This document shows, piece after piece, positions 1 through 10,195 of a stretch of 64,000 nt of DNA. The position numbers and the translations under genes were made by a program. Within the stretch, counting starts at the first letter, position 1. Every line of letters begins with the position of its first letter. The stretch lies in IMG/VR virus record IMGVR_UViG_3300044912_000713; one strand, written 5' to 3'. Below the pieces are notes generated by a model. The model worked only from the letters and a program-made list of their open reading frames with translations, was not told where the DNA came from and ran no database searches. This stretch comes from an uncultured virus (IMG/VR IMGVR_UViG_3300044912_000713) (taxonomy: Duplodnaviria; Heunggongvirae; Uroviricota; Caudoviricetes).

Positions 1-1632
1 GACAGAATCTTCTCCGACCCTAAGAAGTACCGAAAGTACACTTTCGAGCAGGCCAGGGAGAAGATTCTGTCCACCATGCACTACGGCTGCTGGGACATCG
101 AGACCCAGTACGCCGCGGGAGGCTCCGTAAAACCGGTGGCCTCCGTCGAGGAGCTCGCCGCCAAATACGGGGTAGAACCCGATTTCGTGGAGATGAAGAT
201 AAAGGACGGGACGAAGGAGGAGTACGAGCACACCACGGACCGCGAGCTTGCGAGAAAGATTGCCACCCACCACGTGGCCGAGGACATCGACTACTACCAG
301 AAGCTGAGGATGGCGATGCGGGCCGACGAAGGCGCCAAGCTGAAGTCGTACTACGCCGCGGGCGGAGAGACCAATCCCTGCGAGACGATAGTGGACGGGG
401 TTCGGCAGATAGACCCCGAGAGCATACGGAAATTGACGGAGTGCTCGGAGTCGCTGCCGCAGACCAAGACCATGCACACCGACGAGGACGGGGAGTACAA
501 GCCATACCGCAAGGCCCTGCACCGCAGGATAATCAACGGGGTGAAGGACGGGCTAATCTGCATCGAGAGGGACCAGCCCATCGCCATACTGATGGGTGGA
601 AGCCCCGCCAGCGGGAAATCCACGTTCCTCAAGAAGTCAGCCCCCTACCTGCTGGGCACGGAGATACTCAAAATCGACGCAGACGAGATTCGGGCGCAGC
701 TGCCGGAGTACCGGGGCTACAACGCGACCCAGACCCACATGGAGACGAAGGACATCGTGAACACGCTGCTGAGCGACCGGACGATAGGCGTCCCATGCAG
801 GTTCGACGTCATCTACGACGGGACGATGAACAACACCAAGAGCTACATCCCCCTGATAAACCTGTTGAAGGACCAGGGGTACAAGATATTCATAGTATAC
901 ATAGACCGCGTGCCGGAGGAGGTCGTGAAGGACAGGGCGCTCAAGCGCTACCAGAAGTCCGGCCGATTCGTACCCATGTCGGTGATAGACGACTTCTTCT
1001 CGAAGGGAACCGCCGCGCTGGAGCAGCTTAAGAAGGAAGTCGACGGATACATGGTCGTCGACGGGAGCTCCGGTGACTACAAAGTGATAGAGCAGGGGGG
1101 CATGAAGCTCCCGAAGGACCGGCAGTACTCCAGGATAGGAACCCCGATAGAGGTTTCCACAGAGGAGGTGGTGGTGGAGATGAAGTGGGGAGGCAAGCTG
1201 TACGAAAAGGGGGGGATAAACCCGGACGACCCGGCCACGAAGGGCGCGGTAGAGCACCGTGCGGGAGCCGCGGGCGGGCTGCTGGTCGGAAAGAGGCACT
1301 CCGAGGGCGGCATAAAGGCGGTGAACAAATCCACGGGACAGCCGCTGGAGATGGAGGGGGGAGAGGTCGTGATAACGAGAAACGCCGTCTCCGACAACAA
1401 GAAGCGGGAGTTCGAGGGCGAGATGCTCACCAACCGGGAGATTCTATCCAGAATCAACGTCAGCGGAGGCGGGGTGTCGTTCGACAAGGGCGGAAAGGTC
1501 CCCAAGAGCTGCGCATGCACCGGGAAGAGCTACAAGTACGGAGGAAAGACAATGACCGACAGGGAGATAGTGCTGAGCATGTACTCCCCGATGGAAAAAC
1601 TCAATAGACTAAACTCAAAAAGAAAAAGATGA
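1..1632 (+). CDS. Multidomain protein, 5'-partial: DUF5661-like domain, zeta-toxin-like P-loop kinase, C-terminal GxRHSxGG..ExEGGE domain
   Basis: Frame is open from base 1. Motifs: EEYEHT..A..IA.HH..E...YY (DUF5661-like); GGSPASGKS, IDADEIR, YDGT, RYQKSGRFVP (zeta/AAA_33 kinase). Domains are separated by YAAGG, MKWGG and YEKGG motifs. Confidence 0.75.
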   Translation, partial: DRIFSDPKKYRKYTFEQAREKILSTMHYGCWDIETQYAAGGSVKPVASVEELAAKYGVEPDFVEMKIKDGTKEEYEHTTDRELARKIATHHVAEDIDYYQKLRMAMRADEGAKLKSYYAAGGETNPCETIVDGVRQIDPESIRKLTECSESLPQTKTMHTDEDGEYKPYRKALHRRIINGVKDGLICIERDQPIAILMGGSPASGKSTFLKKSAPYLLGTEILKIDADEIRAQLPEYRGYNATQTHMETKDIVNTLLSDRTIGVPCRFDVIYDGTMNNTKSYIPLINLLKDQGYKIFIVYIDRVPEEVVKDRALKRYQKSGRFVPMSVIDDFFSKGTAALEQLKKEVDGYMVVDGSSGDYKVIEQGGMKLPKDRQYSRIGTPIEVSTEEVVVEMKWGGKLYEKGGINPDDPATKGAVEHRAGAAGGLLVGKRHSEGGIKAVNKSTGQPLEMEGGEVVITRNAVSDNKKREFEGEMLTNREILSRINVSGGGVSFDKGGKVPKSCACTGKSYKYGGKTMTDREIVLSMYSPMEKLNRLNSKRKR

Positions 1633-3125
1633 GAACCAAGCAGGAGATTAACAAGGACATACGCGACATCCAGAAGAAGATAACACTGAACGCGGAAGAC
1701 CGAAATACCCTAATTAAATTAAACGCATACTTGCAGACTTATCAAGACGAGTTGAGGCAGGTGGAAGAGGCGGAGAGAGCCGGAGCGGTGGCCACGTCAA
1801 CCCCATCCATAAAGTCCGCGTTCCCGACACCGCAGCCGACCGGGGCGACCGGAACGGCGGGAAGCTCGACGGCGGCACTCCTGAAGGGAATGGAGGACGC
1901 GCTGCTCAAGCAGCCGTCAGGGTCCAACGTCAGCGAGGAGAAGATAAAGGAGATAATCGACATCAAGATAAAGGACATGGCGGGCTCCGTGTCATTCGAG
2001 CAGCTGAAGCCATACATCGAGCAGTACCTCGAGACGGCCCGGGAAATAGAGCTCACCATACCCCAGTACGGCGTGACCGTCGGCATCAACCAGGACGACC
2101 TGATGATTCCAAACTTCTTCAAGGTGATAGACGACATGCTCGTCGGCAACAACGTGTACCTAATCGGTGAGGCCGGAACGGGAAAGACGTTCCTCGCAAA
2201 GCGGGTGGCGAAGGCGCTGAAGCGCCGCATGTACGTAATCAACTGCAGCCAGTACACGACCCCAATCGACATAATCGGGGGACAGACGATATCCGGATTC
2301 AAGGAGGGACAGCTGCTGATGGCGTGGGAGCAGGGAGGTATTCTCGTACTCGACGAGATGCCCAAGCTGGACGCGAACACCGCGGGCCTGTTCAACGACC
2401 CGCTCGCCCAGAGCAGCAAGACGACGCCGGACGCCGACGCCACGATTCCAAACCCAAGAAAGGGAGGGGAGCCGATAACCAGAAGTCCCCTGTTCGGCTG
2501 CATAGCCACGGGAAACATATACCCCAACAAGGTGGACATGGCCAGATACGTCGGAAACAACCAGCAGGACCTCTCGCTACTCGACCGATTCAGCGGCGGC
2601 GTCTACTACGTGGGATTCAACGAGAAGCTCGACGCCGAGCTTTCGAGATACAAGTTCATATACGACCTCTTCGTGGGAGAGAAGACCGGCTCCAACATCG
2701 GAATACGCTGGTACATGATTGAGAAGAACTACACCGCCTTCGCGGTAGTTTCGCTCAGAACGCTAATTGCGGTACGGGTGTCATTCGAGGTGGAGCTAGT
2801 CCGAGAGATTCAGAAGCGCAACGGTCAGAAGGTGATAAAGAACGGAAAGACGTTCGCGGACGCCGTAGAGTCCTTCCTCGTGGCCTTCAACGCCAATCCG
2901 GTGGTGAAGAGCGACCTGGTGACGAAGTACGGACTCACGAAGGCCAACCTGAACAAGATGGCGGAGGAAGCCATCCAGAAGTTCGTCGACAAGAACTGGG
3001 AGGCGCTATTGACGAAAGAGTTCTACAAGAAGGGGCAAGTGGCGGTCAAAGAAATGGAGTCGATGGGACTCGTGAAGAAAGCGGTCGTGGAGGAGAGCGT
3101 AATCATGGAAGAACTAAAATCGTAA
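1629..3125 (+). CDS. MoxR/CobS-like AAA+ ATPase with N-terminal coiled coil
   Basis: Walker A GEAGTGKT, Walker B LVLDEM, IATGN sensor, DLSLLDRF arginine finger. Confidence 0.85.
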   Translation: MRTKQEINKDIRDIQKKITLNAEDRNTLIKLNAYLQTYQDELRQVEEAERAGAVATSTPSIKSAFPTPQPTGATGTAGSSTAALLKGMEDALLKQPSGSNVSEEKIKEIIDIKIKDMAGSVSFEQLKPYIEQYLETAREIELTIPQYGVTVGINQDDLMIPNFFKVIDDMLVGNNVYLIGEAGTGKTFLAKRVAKALKRRMYVINCSQYTTPIDIIGGQTISGFKEGQLLMAWEQGGILVLDEMPKLDANTAGLFNDPLAQSSKTTPDADATIPNPRKGGEPITRSPLFGCIATGNIYPNKVDMARYVGNNQQDLSLLDRFSGGVYYVGFNEKLDAELSRYKFIYDLFVGEKTGSNIGIRWYMIEKNYTAFAVVSLRTLIAVRVSFEVELVREIQKRNGQKVIKNGKTFADAVESFLVAFNANPVVKSDLVTKYGLTKANLNKMAEEAIQKFVDKNWEALLTKEFYKKGQVAVKEMESMGLVKKAVVEESVIMEELKS

Positions 3126-3131
3126 TAAAAG

Positions 3132-4436
3132 GTGCGAAAGCTGCTGACATACATAGATTACAAATTCTCTTCCAGCACCTGGGGGTCTCGGAACACCATG
3201 ATAGGAGTCTTCGACAGCTACCGCGACCTGCTGGATTACAACAAGCGCAGGGAGACGATGTGCTCTCAGTACACCACCAACCTGGTCAGGGAATACTACT
3301 CCGAATCGGGCGTGGAAAAAGCGGCCAGGGGAAACATGGGAAGCAAGATAAAGCAGTGGGTTGGCACGACAAACTGGAAGGAGGCGCTGGAGGAGATTTG
3401 GACCTTCATAAACATAAAGGCGCTCAACAAGGCGCTGGCGGGCTTCCAGAGCCGCACCACGGAAGTCACCACCGTAGGGTTCGCGCAGCGGAAGAAGCTG
3501 TACCTGAACGACCTCTACAAGGGGGTCTTCTCTTTCGACCTGGCGTCCCCGTACATATACCCCAAGAAGGAGTTCTACAGCCCGCACTTCCAGCAGGAGG
3601 TGGGATGGGAGAAGGTGAAAAGCGAAGGAGTGGAGCCGAACCTAAAATACCTGTATGACGGTGAGCCCGTGCACGAGCTCGAGCAGCGCGACACCTACGA
3701 CTCCGACGGCAACAAAGTATTCACGAGCTCTTACGACCGGGCGAAGGCATACATAGACCTCCCGAAGCCGAAGAAGGAGGGATTCACGGTGGACCTGTTC
3801 GTGATATCGACATACAGCTACAACATAGAGGCTGACGACCTCGTGTGGAACGCGCTTGCCGTGAACGCGGTGGCCAAGACCATCTACGATTCCGGGATAC
3901 AGGTCCGGGTGTGGAGCATAACGCCGCTGGAGATAGAGCAGGCATACAGCATGGCGCTCATAACCAAGCTGAAGGACTACGACGAGGCGCTCGACGAGAA
4001 CGCCATATCGATAGTGGCCGCCGACCCGCGGTTCTACCGCGTCCACAGCTTCAGGTGCCGCTCGTACCTAGCCGACGACCTGGGAACTCCGGACGCCATG
4101 GGTGCGGGAATGGGAAAGAGCCAGAAGGACGAAGACAACGCGAAGAGGGTCATGCTCAAGGCCTTCAAAGAGCTGGAGATTTACGACGACCCCGTCACGC
4201 AGAAGATTTACGAGGACAACAAGATATTCATCCGGCAGTGCCTTTCCGAGCAGGCCGGGGTCAACGAGTACAAGAGAATCATGGAGTACTTCGAGGACTA
4301 CGCGGACTACCGCACGATAGGAACCGGAACCGACTTCAAAACGTTCCAGGGGTGGAAGCAAAACAAGAGGACATTCAACAGCCAGGAGACCTACGACGAG
4401 TACCTCCAGAAAAACAAGATAACCAGAAACACATAG
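3132..4436 (+). CDS. Putative divergent VWA/CobT-like partner of the AAA+ ATPase
   Basis: Immediately follows the MoxR-like ATPase; beta-alpha-beta segment VDLFVISTYS...ALAVNAVAKTIYDSGIQVRVW; GTG start. Confidence 0.5.
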   Translation: MRKLLTYIDYKFSSSTWGSRNTMIGVFDSYRDLLDYNKRRETMCSQYTTNLVREYYSESGVEKAARGNMGSKIKQWVGTTNWKEALEEIWTFINIKALNKALAGFQSRTTEVTTVGFAQRKKLYLNDLYKGVFSFDLASPYIYPKKEFYSPHFQQEVGWEKVKSEGVEPNLKYLYDGEPVHELEQRDTYDSDGNKVFTSSYDRAKAYIDLPKPKKEGFTVDLFVISTYSYNIEADDLVWNALAVNAVAKTIYDSGIQVRVWSITPLEIEQAYSMALITKLKDYDEALDENAISIVAADPRFYRVHSFRCRSYLADDLGTPDAMGAGMGKSQKDEDNAKRVMLKAFKELEIYDDPVTQKIYEDNKIFIRQCLSEQAGVNEYKRIMEYFEDYADYRTIGTGTDFKTFQGWKQNKRTFNSQETYDEYLQKNKITRNT

Positions 4437-4439
4437 GCC

Positions 4440-4733
4440 ATGAACAAGAACCAGTACGAGACCATAACCGAACTGATAACCGAGCACAACGAATACGTGC
4501 AGACCTACGGGATAGGAGACTCATCGTTCGCCGCCGTGTTCGAGGACGAGTCGGGTGACGACTTCGTGCTGATGCAGAAGGTAACCATGAGTCCCGACTT
4601 GACGGAACCCAGATACAGGAAGCACATGGTGAAGGTGGACAAGGCGGGATTCGCCAGCGACATGGAGGAGCGGTACTTCGGCAGCGGAGGCTACGTCGAG
4701 CACGTGAAAAAACTTAAACGAATCAAAGTGTGA
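4440..4733 (+). CDS. Hypothetical protein
   Basis: Tightly packed ORF; stop overlaps the next start (TGATG). Confidence 0.7.
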   Translation: MNKNQYETITELITEHNEYVQTYGIGDSSFAAVFEDESGDDFVLMQKVTMSPDLTEPRYRKHMVKVDKAGFASDMEERYFGSGGYVEHVKKLKRIKV

Positions 4734-7081
4734 TGGCAAAAGAAACGAAAGGAATACTCGCCCAGCTGGGACTCTCAAAGTCCCAAATCAAGCAGCTACC
4801 CCGCTCGATAGCGGACGAGGCCGCCATGATTGACGGGACGCGGGAAATAGTGTCCAGGATGGACGGCGGGGAGAGGAAAACGATAATGACCGACGCGGTA
4901 GCGCAGGCCATAGAGATATTCAAGAGCGCCCTTCTCGAACAGCAGGAGGTGGAGCTCACGGAAGAGCAGCGAAAGGAAATCGGCGAGCACGAGCCGGAAG
5001 AGGCCCGCGAGCAGCCAGGGGGTGAGGAATCGGGAGAGCAGCAGCCCGAAGGGGAAGACCAGCCCGAAGGGGAAGACCAGCCCGAAGGGGAAGAAACCGG
5101 AGAAGAGCAACCGGAGGGGGAAGAGCCCAAGCAGGAGCAGCCGGAAGAAGAGCCCACCAGCGGAAGGGAGCCTAAGGATGGAGAAGGCGAACCCGCGGGA
5201 GACGAACCGGGAAAGGATTTGGGAGGGGAAGACCTTCCGGTGAAACCGGGCGGAGGGGGTGGCGGAGAGCCGTTAGACCTGCCCGACGACGCGTATCCGA
5301 TACCCGACCTCACCGACAGGGTCAAGCAGGACATAATTGACAAGGTGTCCGACTTCAAAGGGGCCGCGCCCAAGTGGACATACGACGCCTCGCTGGAGAT
5401 AGACCAAAACGAATTCTTCGGACTGAAGCTGGACGAGTGGATACGGACATGGAACATACTCGTCGAATCGGCGCCGACGTTCGAATTCAAATACGAGCTG
5501 ATGTTCGGCGAGCGCAAGATGGAGAGGGCAAACCTGTTCAGCATTATGAAGTTCATCTGGGAGCAGGCCAAGGGAAGGAAGACCAAGCCGCTGGACAGAT
5601 ACTACATATACACGCAGTACCAGGATTTCATGGGATTCGTTCTCTGCTCCAACAAATACATGGTCAAGACAAAGCCATTCATCGATTTGGAAGGGGGAAG
5701 AGGACCTGTAAGGTTCCCCAACTACATGGCGGAGGTCGCGGCGCTGGGAATACCCGTGAAAGAGTTCACAATCTACTCCGAACTCGGAAGGAGGATGGAG
5801 CTCACGTACAAACCCGACGACTACAACTGGAACGCGATGATGCCCGGGTGGCCAATGATTGGGAACGACATAAGCATGTCGAACCCGGACATAGAGGCCC
5901 GCCTGAAATACATAGTGAAGAACCGCCTGTGGGTCGGAGAAGCCGAATTCATGCAGTTCATAAAGGGTGAGGAGGCCATGGGACTTCCACCGCTTTCCGA
6001 CACCATCAAGATTACCGTCCCCGGAAGGTGCAGGTACTACGAGACGTTCGCGGACAGATACGAGAAGCTGATATCCTTCGGAGAGCCAAACCCTCCGGAA
6101 AACAACGTCTACAGCGTCCACGACGTCAACGACGAGATACAGGCCTACACCAGCGACGTTCCCTACGTTAATCCCGGCGACTACATGCAGGAGAGCTATA
6201 CCACATACCTAAATAATCCCTATGATACGCTCTTCTACCTGCGGCAGATTATAGACTCAGCGGAGCTGTTCGCCGACACCGATATGTACCGGCTAAGGCT
6301 GGGACCACAATTTGCGAACGGAATCGACACCGTGAGCCCGAAGATGATGGCACCGGCCATCTTTCTCCAAGCGAAACTAGGTTCGAACTTCAATCCAGAC
6401 GGGCTCAACCTGGCATACTCAAAAGGGGAATGGATGGGGCACACAGAGACGTGGCTGTCGGTTTACAGTTTGAATGCAAAAATTTTCAATCCCGACACCA
6501 CGAAAGGAGAGCCCCGCTCATTCACCTCGATAAAGGTGATGGGTAAGGAGGACAAGTTCATAATTGCTTTACCCACCATAGGGTACTTCAATCCCCAGAA
6601 GGGGATAGCCTTCAAGCCGAAGAAGCAACCCGCCTCAAACAGCGAGCTCAAGAAGGTAATACTGGACCTCGAGTCCGACTACGACCGGATGTCCTCGTCG
6701 GGGGTCGAGGTGTTCGACACCCTGAAGGGGAAGGTGTTTCGCGACGAACAGACGGAAATGACCGTGGAGCAGCTGGTATCGGAGCTCCAATGGGACTGCG
6801 ACCGCTACTCGACGTTCGGAAAGCGCGCCTATGCAAACATGGCCGCCATGTTCGGACTTCCGGGATGCGCAGGCGACGAACCGGTACAACCCGAGCCACC
6901 GAAGGCAACGGATAAGCCGAAGAAGAGGTCCACGATAAGGGTGGTCAAATCGGCGGAGAGAAAGGAGGCCGAGGAGCAGGTTAAGGCGCTGAAGGCCGCG
7001 CTGAAGTACGCCCCGAAAGAGGAGAAGGAAATAATCAAGGCCCAGATAGAGGCCATGCAAACCGCAATAAAATACATGTAA
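4733..7081 (+). CDS. Large hypothetical protein with an acidic QPEGE-repeat linker
   Basis: Long ORF with coupled start; Glu/Pro/Gly-rich repeats near the N-terminus; basic helical C-terminus. Confidence 0.75.
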   Translation: MAKETKGILAQLGLSKSQIKQLPRSIADEAAMIDGTREIVSRMDGGERKTIMTDAVAQAIEIFKSALLEQQEVELTEEQRKEIGEHEPEEAREQPGGEESGEQQPEGEDQPEGEDQPEGEETGEEQPEGEEPKQEQPEEEPTSGREPKDGEGEPAGDEPGKDLGGEDLPVKPGGGGGGEPLDLPDDAYPIPDLTDRVKQDIIDKVSDFKGAAPKWTYDASLEIDQNEFFGLKLDEWIRTWNILVESAPTFEFKYELMFGERKMERANLFSIMKFIWEQAKGRKTKPLDRYYIYTQYQDFMGFVLCSNKYMVKTKPFIDLEGGRGPVRFPNYMAEVAALGIPVKEFTIYSELGRRMELTYKPDDYNWNAMMPGWPMIGNDISMSNPDIEARLKYIVKNRLWVGEAEFMQFIKGEEAMGLPPLSDTIKITVPGRCRYYETFADRYEKLISFGEPNPPENNVYSVHDVNDEIQAYTSDVPYVNPGDYMQESYTTYLNNPYDTLFYLRQIIDSAELFADTDMYRLRLGPQFANGIDTVSPKMMAPAIFLQAKLGSNFNPDGLNLAYSKGEWMGHTETWLSVYSLNAKIFNPDTTKGEPRSFTSIKVMGKEDKFIIALPTIGYFNPQKGIAFKPKKQPASNSELKKVILDLESDYDRMSSSGVEVFDTLKGKVFRDEQTEMTVEQLVSELQWDCDRYSTFGKRAYANMAAMFGLPGCAGDEPVQPEPPKATDKPKKRSTIRVVKSAERKEAEEQVKALKAALKYAPKEEKEIIKAQIEAMQTAIKYM
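5042..5095 (+). repeat. 18-bp tandem repeat CAGCCCGAAGGGGAAGAC x3 (QPEGED)
   Basis: Read directly; third copy has one mismatch. Confidence 0.9.
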
Positions 7082-7082
7082 A

Positions 7083-8672
7083 ATGGAAGACAAAAAGATT
7101 CAGAGCCTCAAAAAGGAGATAGCCAAGATGGAGGCCTCCTACGAGAAGAGCTCTACACCCCAGTCGGTAAAGAACATATTGAAGAAGTCGATAGACGCCG
7201 CGAAGGGAAGGCTCGCCAAGATGGAGGCCAAACCCGAGCCGAAGAAGGAGGAGCCGAAGTCAGAACCCGCTAAGCCGAAGGCCAAGCGGAAGCCGTCCAC
7301 GGCCCTCTCGAAGCTCATACGCCGGACCAAGTCGAAGGGCTACGAGCCGTACAAGGGCAAGAAAATCGACCTCGTGCGCGACGCCGGAAAGAAGGCGAAG
7401 GCCCCGGGAAAGAAGGTGTCCAAAACCGGAAGGACCTACTGGGAGAGCCGTCCGAACCGAATCGACGTCAAGCAGAAGGCGAAGTCGGCGCCGTACCTGA
7501 AAGAAGGCGGGGAGCTCATCAAACCGATGGCGGCGTACGGCGACATGGTGTACAACACGCTGGAGAACGCGCTTTCCTCCATGAAGCGGCTGGTGAAGCC
7601 GCAGAACTACACCCTTATTAAAAACGAGGCAAACAGGTTCATGGTTACGACGAACAACCGGGCCGCGAAGTTCGTGAAGCAGGGATGGGAGTACGTGTCC
7701 AGGATGTCAAACCCCCTATCCGACAAGTTCGCGTACGGAGGGGTAATGGGATACGAAGAGGGCGGATACATGGCCGAAGGGGGAATGGAGGAGCATGGAT
7801 TGAAGATAGGGGATACGGTAAAAAGCAACCTTTTCTGGGAAGACTCAATAACGGTAAAGGACAAGAGCGGCTCGCTTGCCAAGATAGAACTCGACAAGGG
7901 AAAAAGATTCGAAATGGCTTCAGGCGGATACACCGGGGATGTTGGCTCTGAAAAGGAATACGAAGAGCTAGTTGATGATATTGTCAATTTAGCAAACAGC
8001 AAATCACTCGAATACGAGGCAACAATTGATTTGTTGAGAGAAAGGGAAATATACAGCGATGAATTTATCAAAGGGCTACAGGATTATGCGGAAGGGGCAA
8101 ATTATCACAACATAGCAGAGGCCTGTAATGATATTTTAATGGGAAAGGTAATCTTAAAGGAAGGCGGCTACATGGCCGAGGGCGGCGCCCTGGAGCACGG
8201 GCTTCAGGTCGGAGACAGGGTCATGGTCGTAAAGGACAACATAATAGGCGTGATGAACGAGGAGACCGGCGAACAGGCCACCATCGACATATCCACCGGA
8301 GAGAGGAAGTCGTCGTCCGGGCAGTCGTACTCATCCGGCGGGACGATATCGAAGTCCTACGAGCCGATAGAGGGGACGCAGTACGAGCTGAAGGTCCAGG
8401 TGTACTACGACAAGGGCGGCATGAACTACTTCAGCGGACGCCCCGAGGCGCGCGGATACTACGCGAGCGTGTCCCCCGTGCAGGTGGAGCGCCGCGAGAA
8501 CGGAATCATGGTGGAGAGCTACGCGGCCTTTTCCGGGGTGAAGCAGCTGCTGGTCGAGACCCAGCGCTCGAGCCCGAAGGCGGAGCGGGAGGCCATGCAG
8601 AAGGCTGAGGAGGTAATCCCCCAGCTCAAGGCCCACGTGATTGAGAAACTCAGAAACAAATTGGGAAACTAA
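7083..8672 (+). CDS. Modular protein with Lys-rich N-terminus and xxxGG-delimited modules
   Basis: LKEGG, FAYGG, YEEGG, MAEGG x2, MASGG, YSSGG; duplicated EHGL.(I/V)GD.V module. Confidence 0.8.
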   Translation: MEDKKIQSLKKEIAKMEASYEKSSTPQSVKNILKKSIDAAKGRLAKMEAKPEPKKEEPKSEPAKPKAKRKPSTALSKLIRRTKSKGYEPYKGKKIDLVRDAGKKAKAPGKKVSKTGRTYWESRPNRIDVKQKAKSAPYLKEGGELIKPMAAYGDMVYNTLENALSSMKRLVKPQNYTLIKNEANRFMVTTNNRAAKFVKQGWEYVSRMSNPLSDKFAYGGVMGYEEGGYMAEGGMEEHGLKIGDTVKSNLFWEDSITVKDKSGSLAKIELDKGKRFEMASGGYTGDVGSEKEYEELVDDIVNLANSKSLEYEATIDLLREREIYSDEFIKGLQDYAEGANYHNIAEACNDILMGKVILKEGGYMAEGGALEHGLQVGDRVMVVKDNIIGVMNEETGEQATIDISTGERKSSSGQSYSSGGTISKSYEPIEGTQYELKVQVYYDKGGMNYFSGRPEARGYYASVSPVQVERRENGIMVESYAAFSGVKQLLVETQRSSPKAEREAMQKAEEVIPQLKAHVIEKLRNKLGN

Positions 8673-8673
8673 A

Positions 8674-9117
8674 ATGGCGAAGCTGATAACGAAGGAGCAG
8701 ATGCAGCGGCTGGAGAAGAACTCCCGCCTCGGGGACAAACTCGACACCATGCGGGCGGAGGTGAGAATCTTCAACCCGTACGGCATCGGGGCGTGGTACC
8801 TGCTGTCTCTCGACCCGAAAGACCCGGACCTGGCGATTGCAATCGTCGACGCGAGGGTCGTCACGGTAGCGAAAGTCCGGATATCCGAGCTGGAGGGAGT
8901 CAAGGTCCCCCCGTTCGGCCTTCCGCTGGAGAGGGACCGGTTCTACGAGCCGAAACCCGCCATCGACGTGTACCGCTACGTCACGGGAACGAACGCGCAG
9001 TCCATGGCAGTCGGAGGTGAGATATCCCCGAAGGCCGGAATGGGCCTGTCGTTCAATCCGGGCTCCGTTTTCGTGGGATACGAGAGCTTCCCATCCAAAC
9101 CATCCATACTAGAATGA
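8674..9117 (+). CDS. DUF2958-like protein
   Basis: FNPYGIGAWYL...ISELE...GLPLERDRFY.P pattern; ATG after AAA at 8674. Confidence 0.65.
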   Translation: MAKLITKEQMQRLEKNSRLGDKLDTMRAEVRIFNPYGIGAWYLLSLDPKDPDLAIAIVDARVVTVAKVRISELEGVKVPPFGLPLERDRFYEPKPAIDVYRYVTGTNAQSMAVGGEISPKAGMGLSFNPGSVFVGYESFPSKPSILE

Positions 9118-10193
9118 CGACCGCAATCGAGACATACAAGGAGTACGGGATAGACGAGTCCGACTACAGGAAGGTGCAGCTGTACAGCTACACGGACCTG
9201 GTCATAAAGGACGCCGCCACCGCGGCCCACATAATCAGGTCGCTCTACAGTCCCGGACAGATTGAGCTGGTGGAGTACGCCGGCTTCCTGGCCATGGACG
9301 AGGACTCGTACCTCTTCGGGTACGCGTTCATGTCGAAGGGGGGAATCGTGCAGACGACGTTTGACCCGCAGGTCATATACAAGAACCTGTCGATATCCGG
9401 GGCGAAGAAGGTCATATTCTTCCACAACCATCCCTCCGGGAACCTCCAGCCGAGCCCCGCTGACATAACCGTCACCTACGCGAGCTCGGCGGTGCTCTCC
9501 TCCATGGGGATAGAGTACCTCGACCACGTGATAGTCACCCCGCTGGGGTACTACTCCTTCGCGGAGGACAAGACGAAGGAGGGCTTCCGGCTGACGCAGT
9601 ACGCGGCGACCGGGGTCAAGCTGAAGGAGGCGACCGTGGAGGCCAACGTGCCGGAGCTCAGGCTCTACGTCAAGAAGTCCAACGTCACCGAGGCGTTCTA
9701 CAAGTCGACGAAGAAGCTGAACTCCCACACCGCGACGGCAAACTTCATAGAGAAGCTGCTGGACAGGAACGGGGCCAAATCGAACACCGCGATGGGATTC
9801 GTAGCCGTCAACAACGCCCAGTATCCGGACTTCGCGTCAATGTCGGCGCTGGACGAGGCTTCCGTGAACCCGTCGGACGACGCCTTCTTCAAGGAGTACA
9901 GCCGGACCATGATGAGCGCGTGCTCGCGTTACATGGTCGTGTTCATAAACAGGCCGGTGGAGGGGGGAGTGGCGCTGGACTCGAACTGGACCAACTTCTT
10001 CGTGAAGCTGGGGGCGCTGGGAAGCATCGTCGGCCTGAACGTGCTGGACATCGTCGTTCGGGACTCGAAGACCGGGCAGACAAACTCAATAATCGAGGAC
10101 GTTCAGGAAAGGCTCAACCAGATGGTGGCAGCCGGGGTGTCCGGGGGAGACGACGCCCAGATTGAAGCAGTATTCAAATTCATAAACATATAG
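9114..10193 (+). CDS. RadC-like JAB/MPN domain protein with a second degenerate JAB-like domain
   Basis: E...HNHPSGNLQPSPAD...LDHVIV; C-terminal half repeats the pattern (VFINRP...VLDIVV) without the His ligands. Confidence 0.8.
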   Translation: MTTAIETYKEYGIDESDYRKVQLYSYTDLVIKDAATAAHIIRSLYSPGQIELVEYAGFLAMDEDSYLFGYAFMSKGGIVQTTFDPQVIYKNLSISGAKKVIFFHNHPSGNLQPSPADITVTYASSAVLSSMGIEYLDHVIVTPLGYYSFAEDKTKEGFRLTQYAATGVKLKEATVEANVPELRLYVKKSNVTEAFYKSTKKLNSHTATANFIEKLLDRNGAKSNTAMGFVAVNNAQYPDFASMSALDEASVNPSDDAFFKEYSRTMMSACSRYMVVFINRPVEGGVALDSNWTNFFVKLGALGSIVGLNVLDIVVRDSKTGQTNSIIEDVQERLNQMVAAGVSGGDDAQIEAVFKFINI

Positions 10194-10195
10194 CA

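Noticed and set aside
570..1110. Classical epsilon-zeta toxin-antitoxin locus
   Set aside because: The kinase is an internal domain of a larger protein and no antitoxin gene is recognisable
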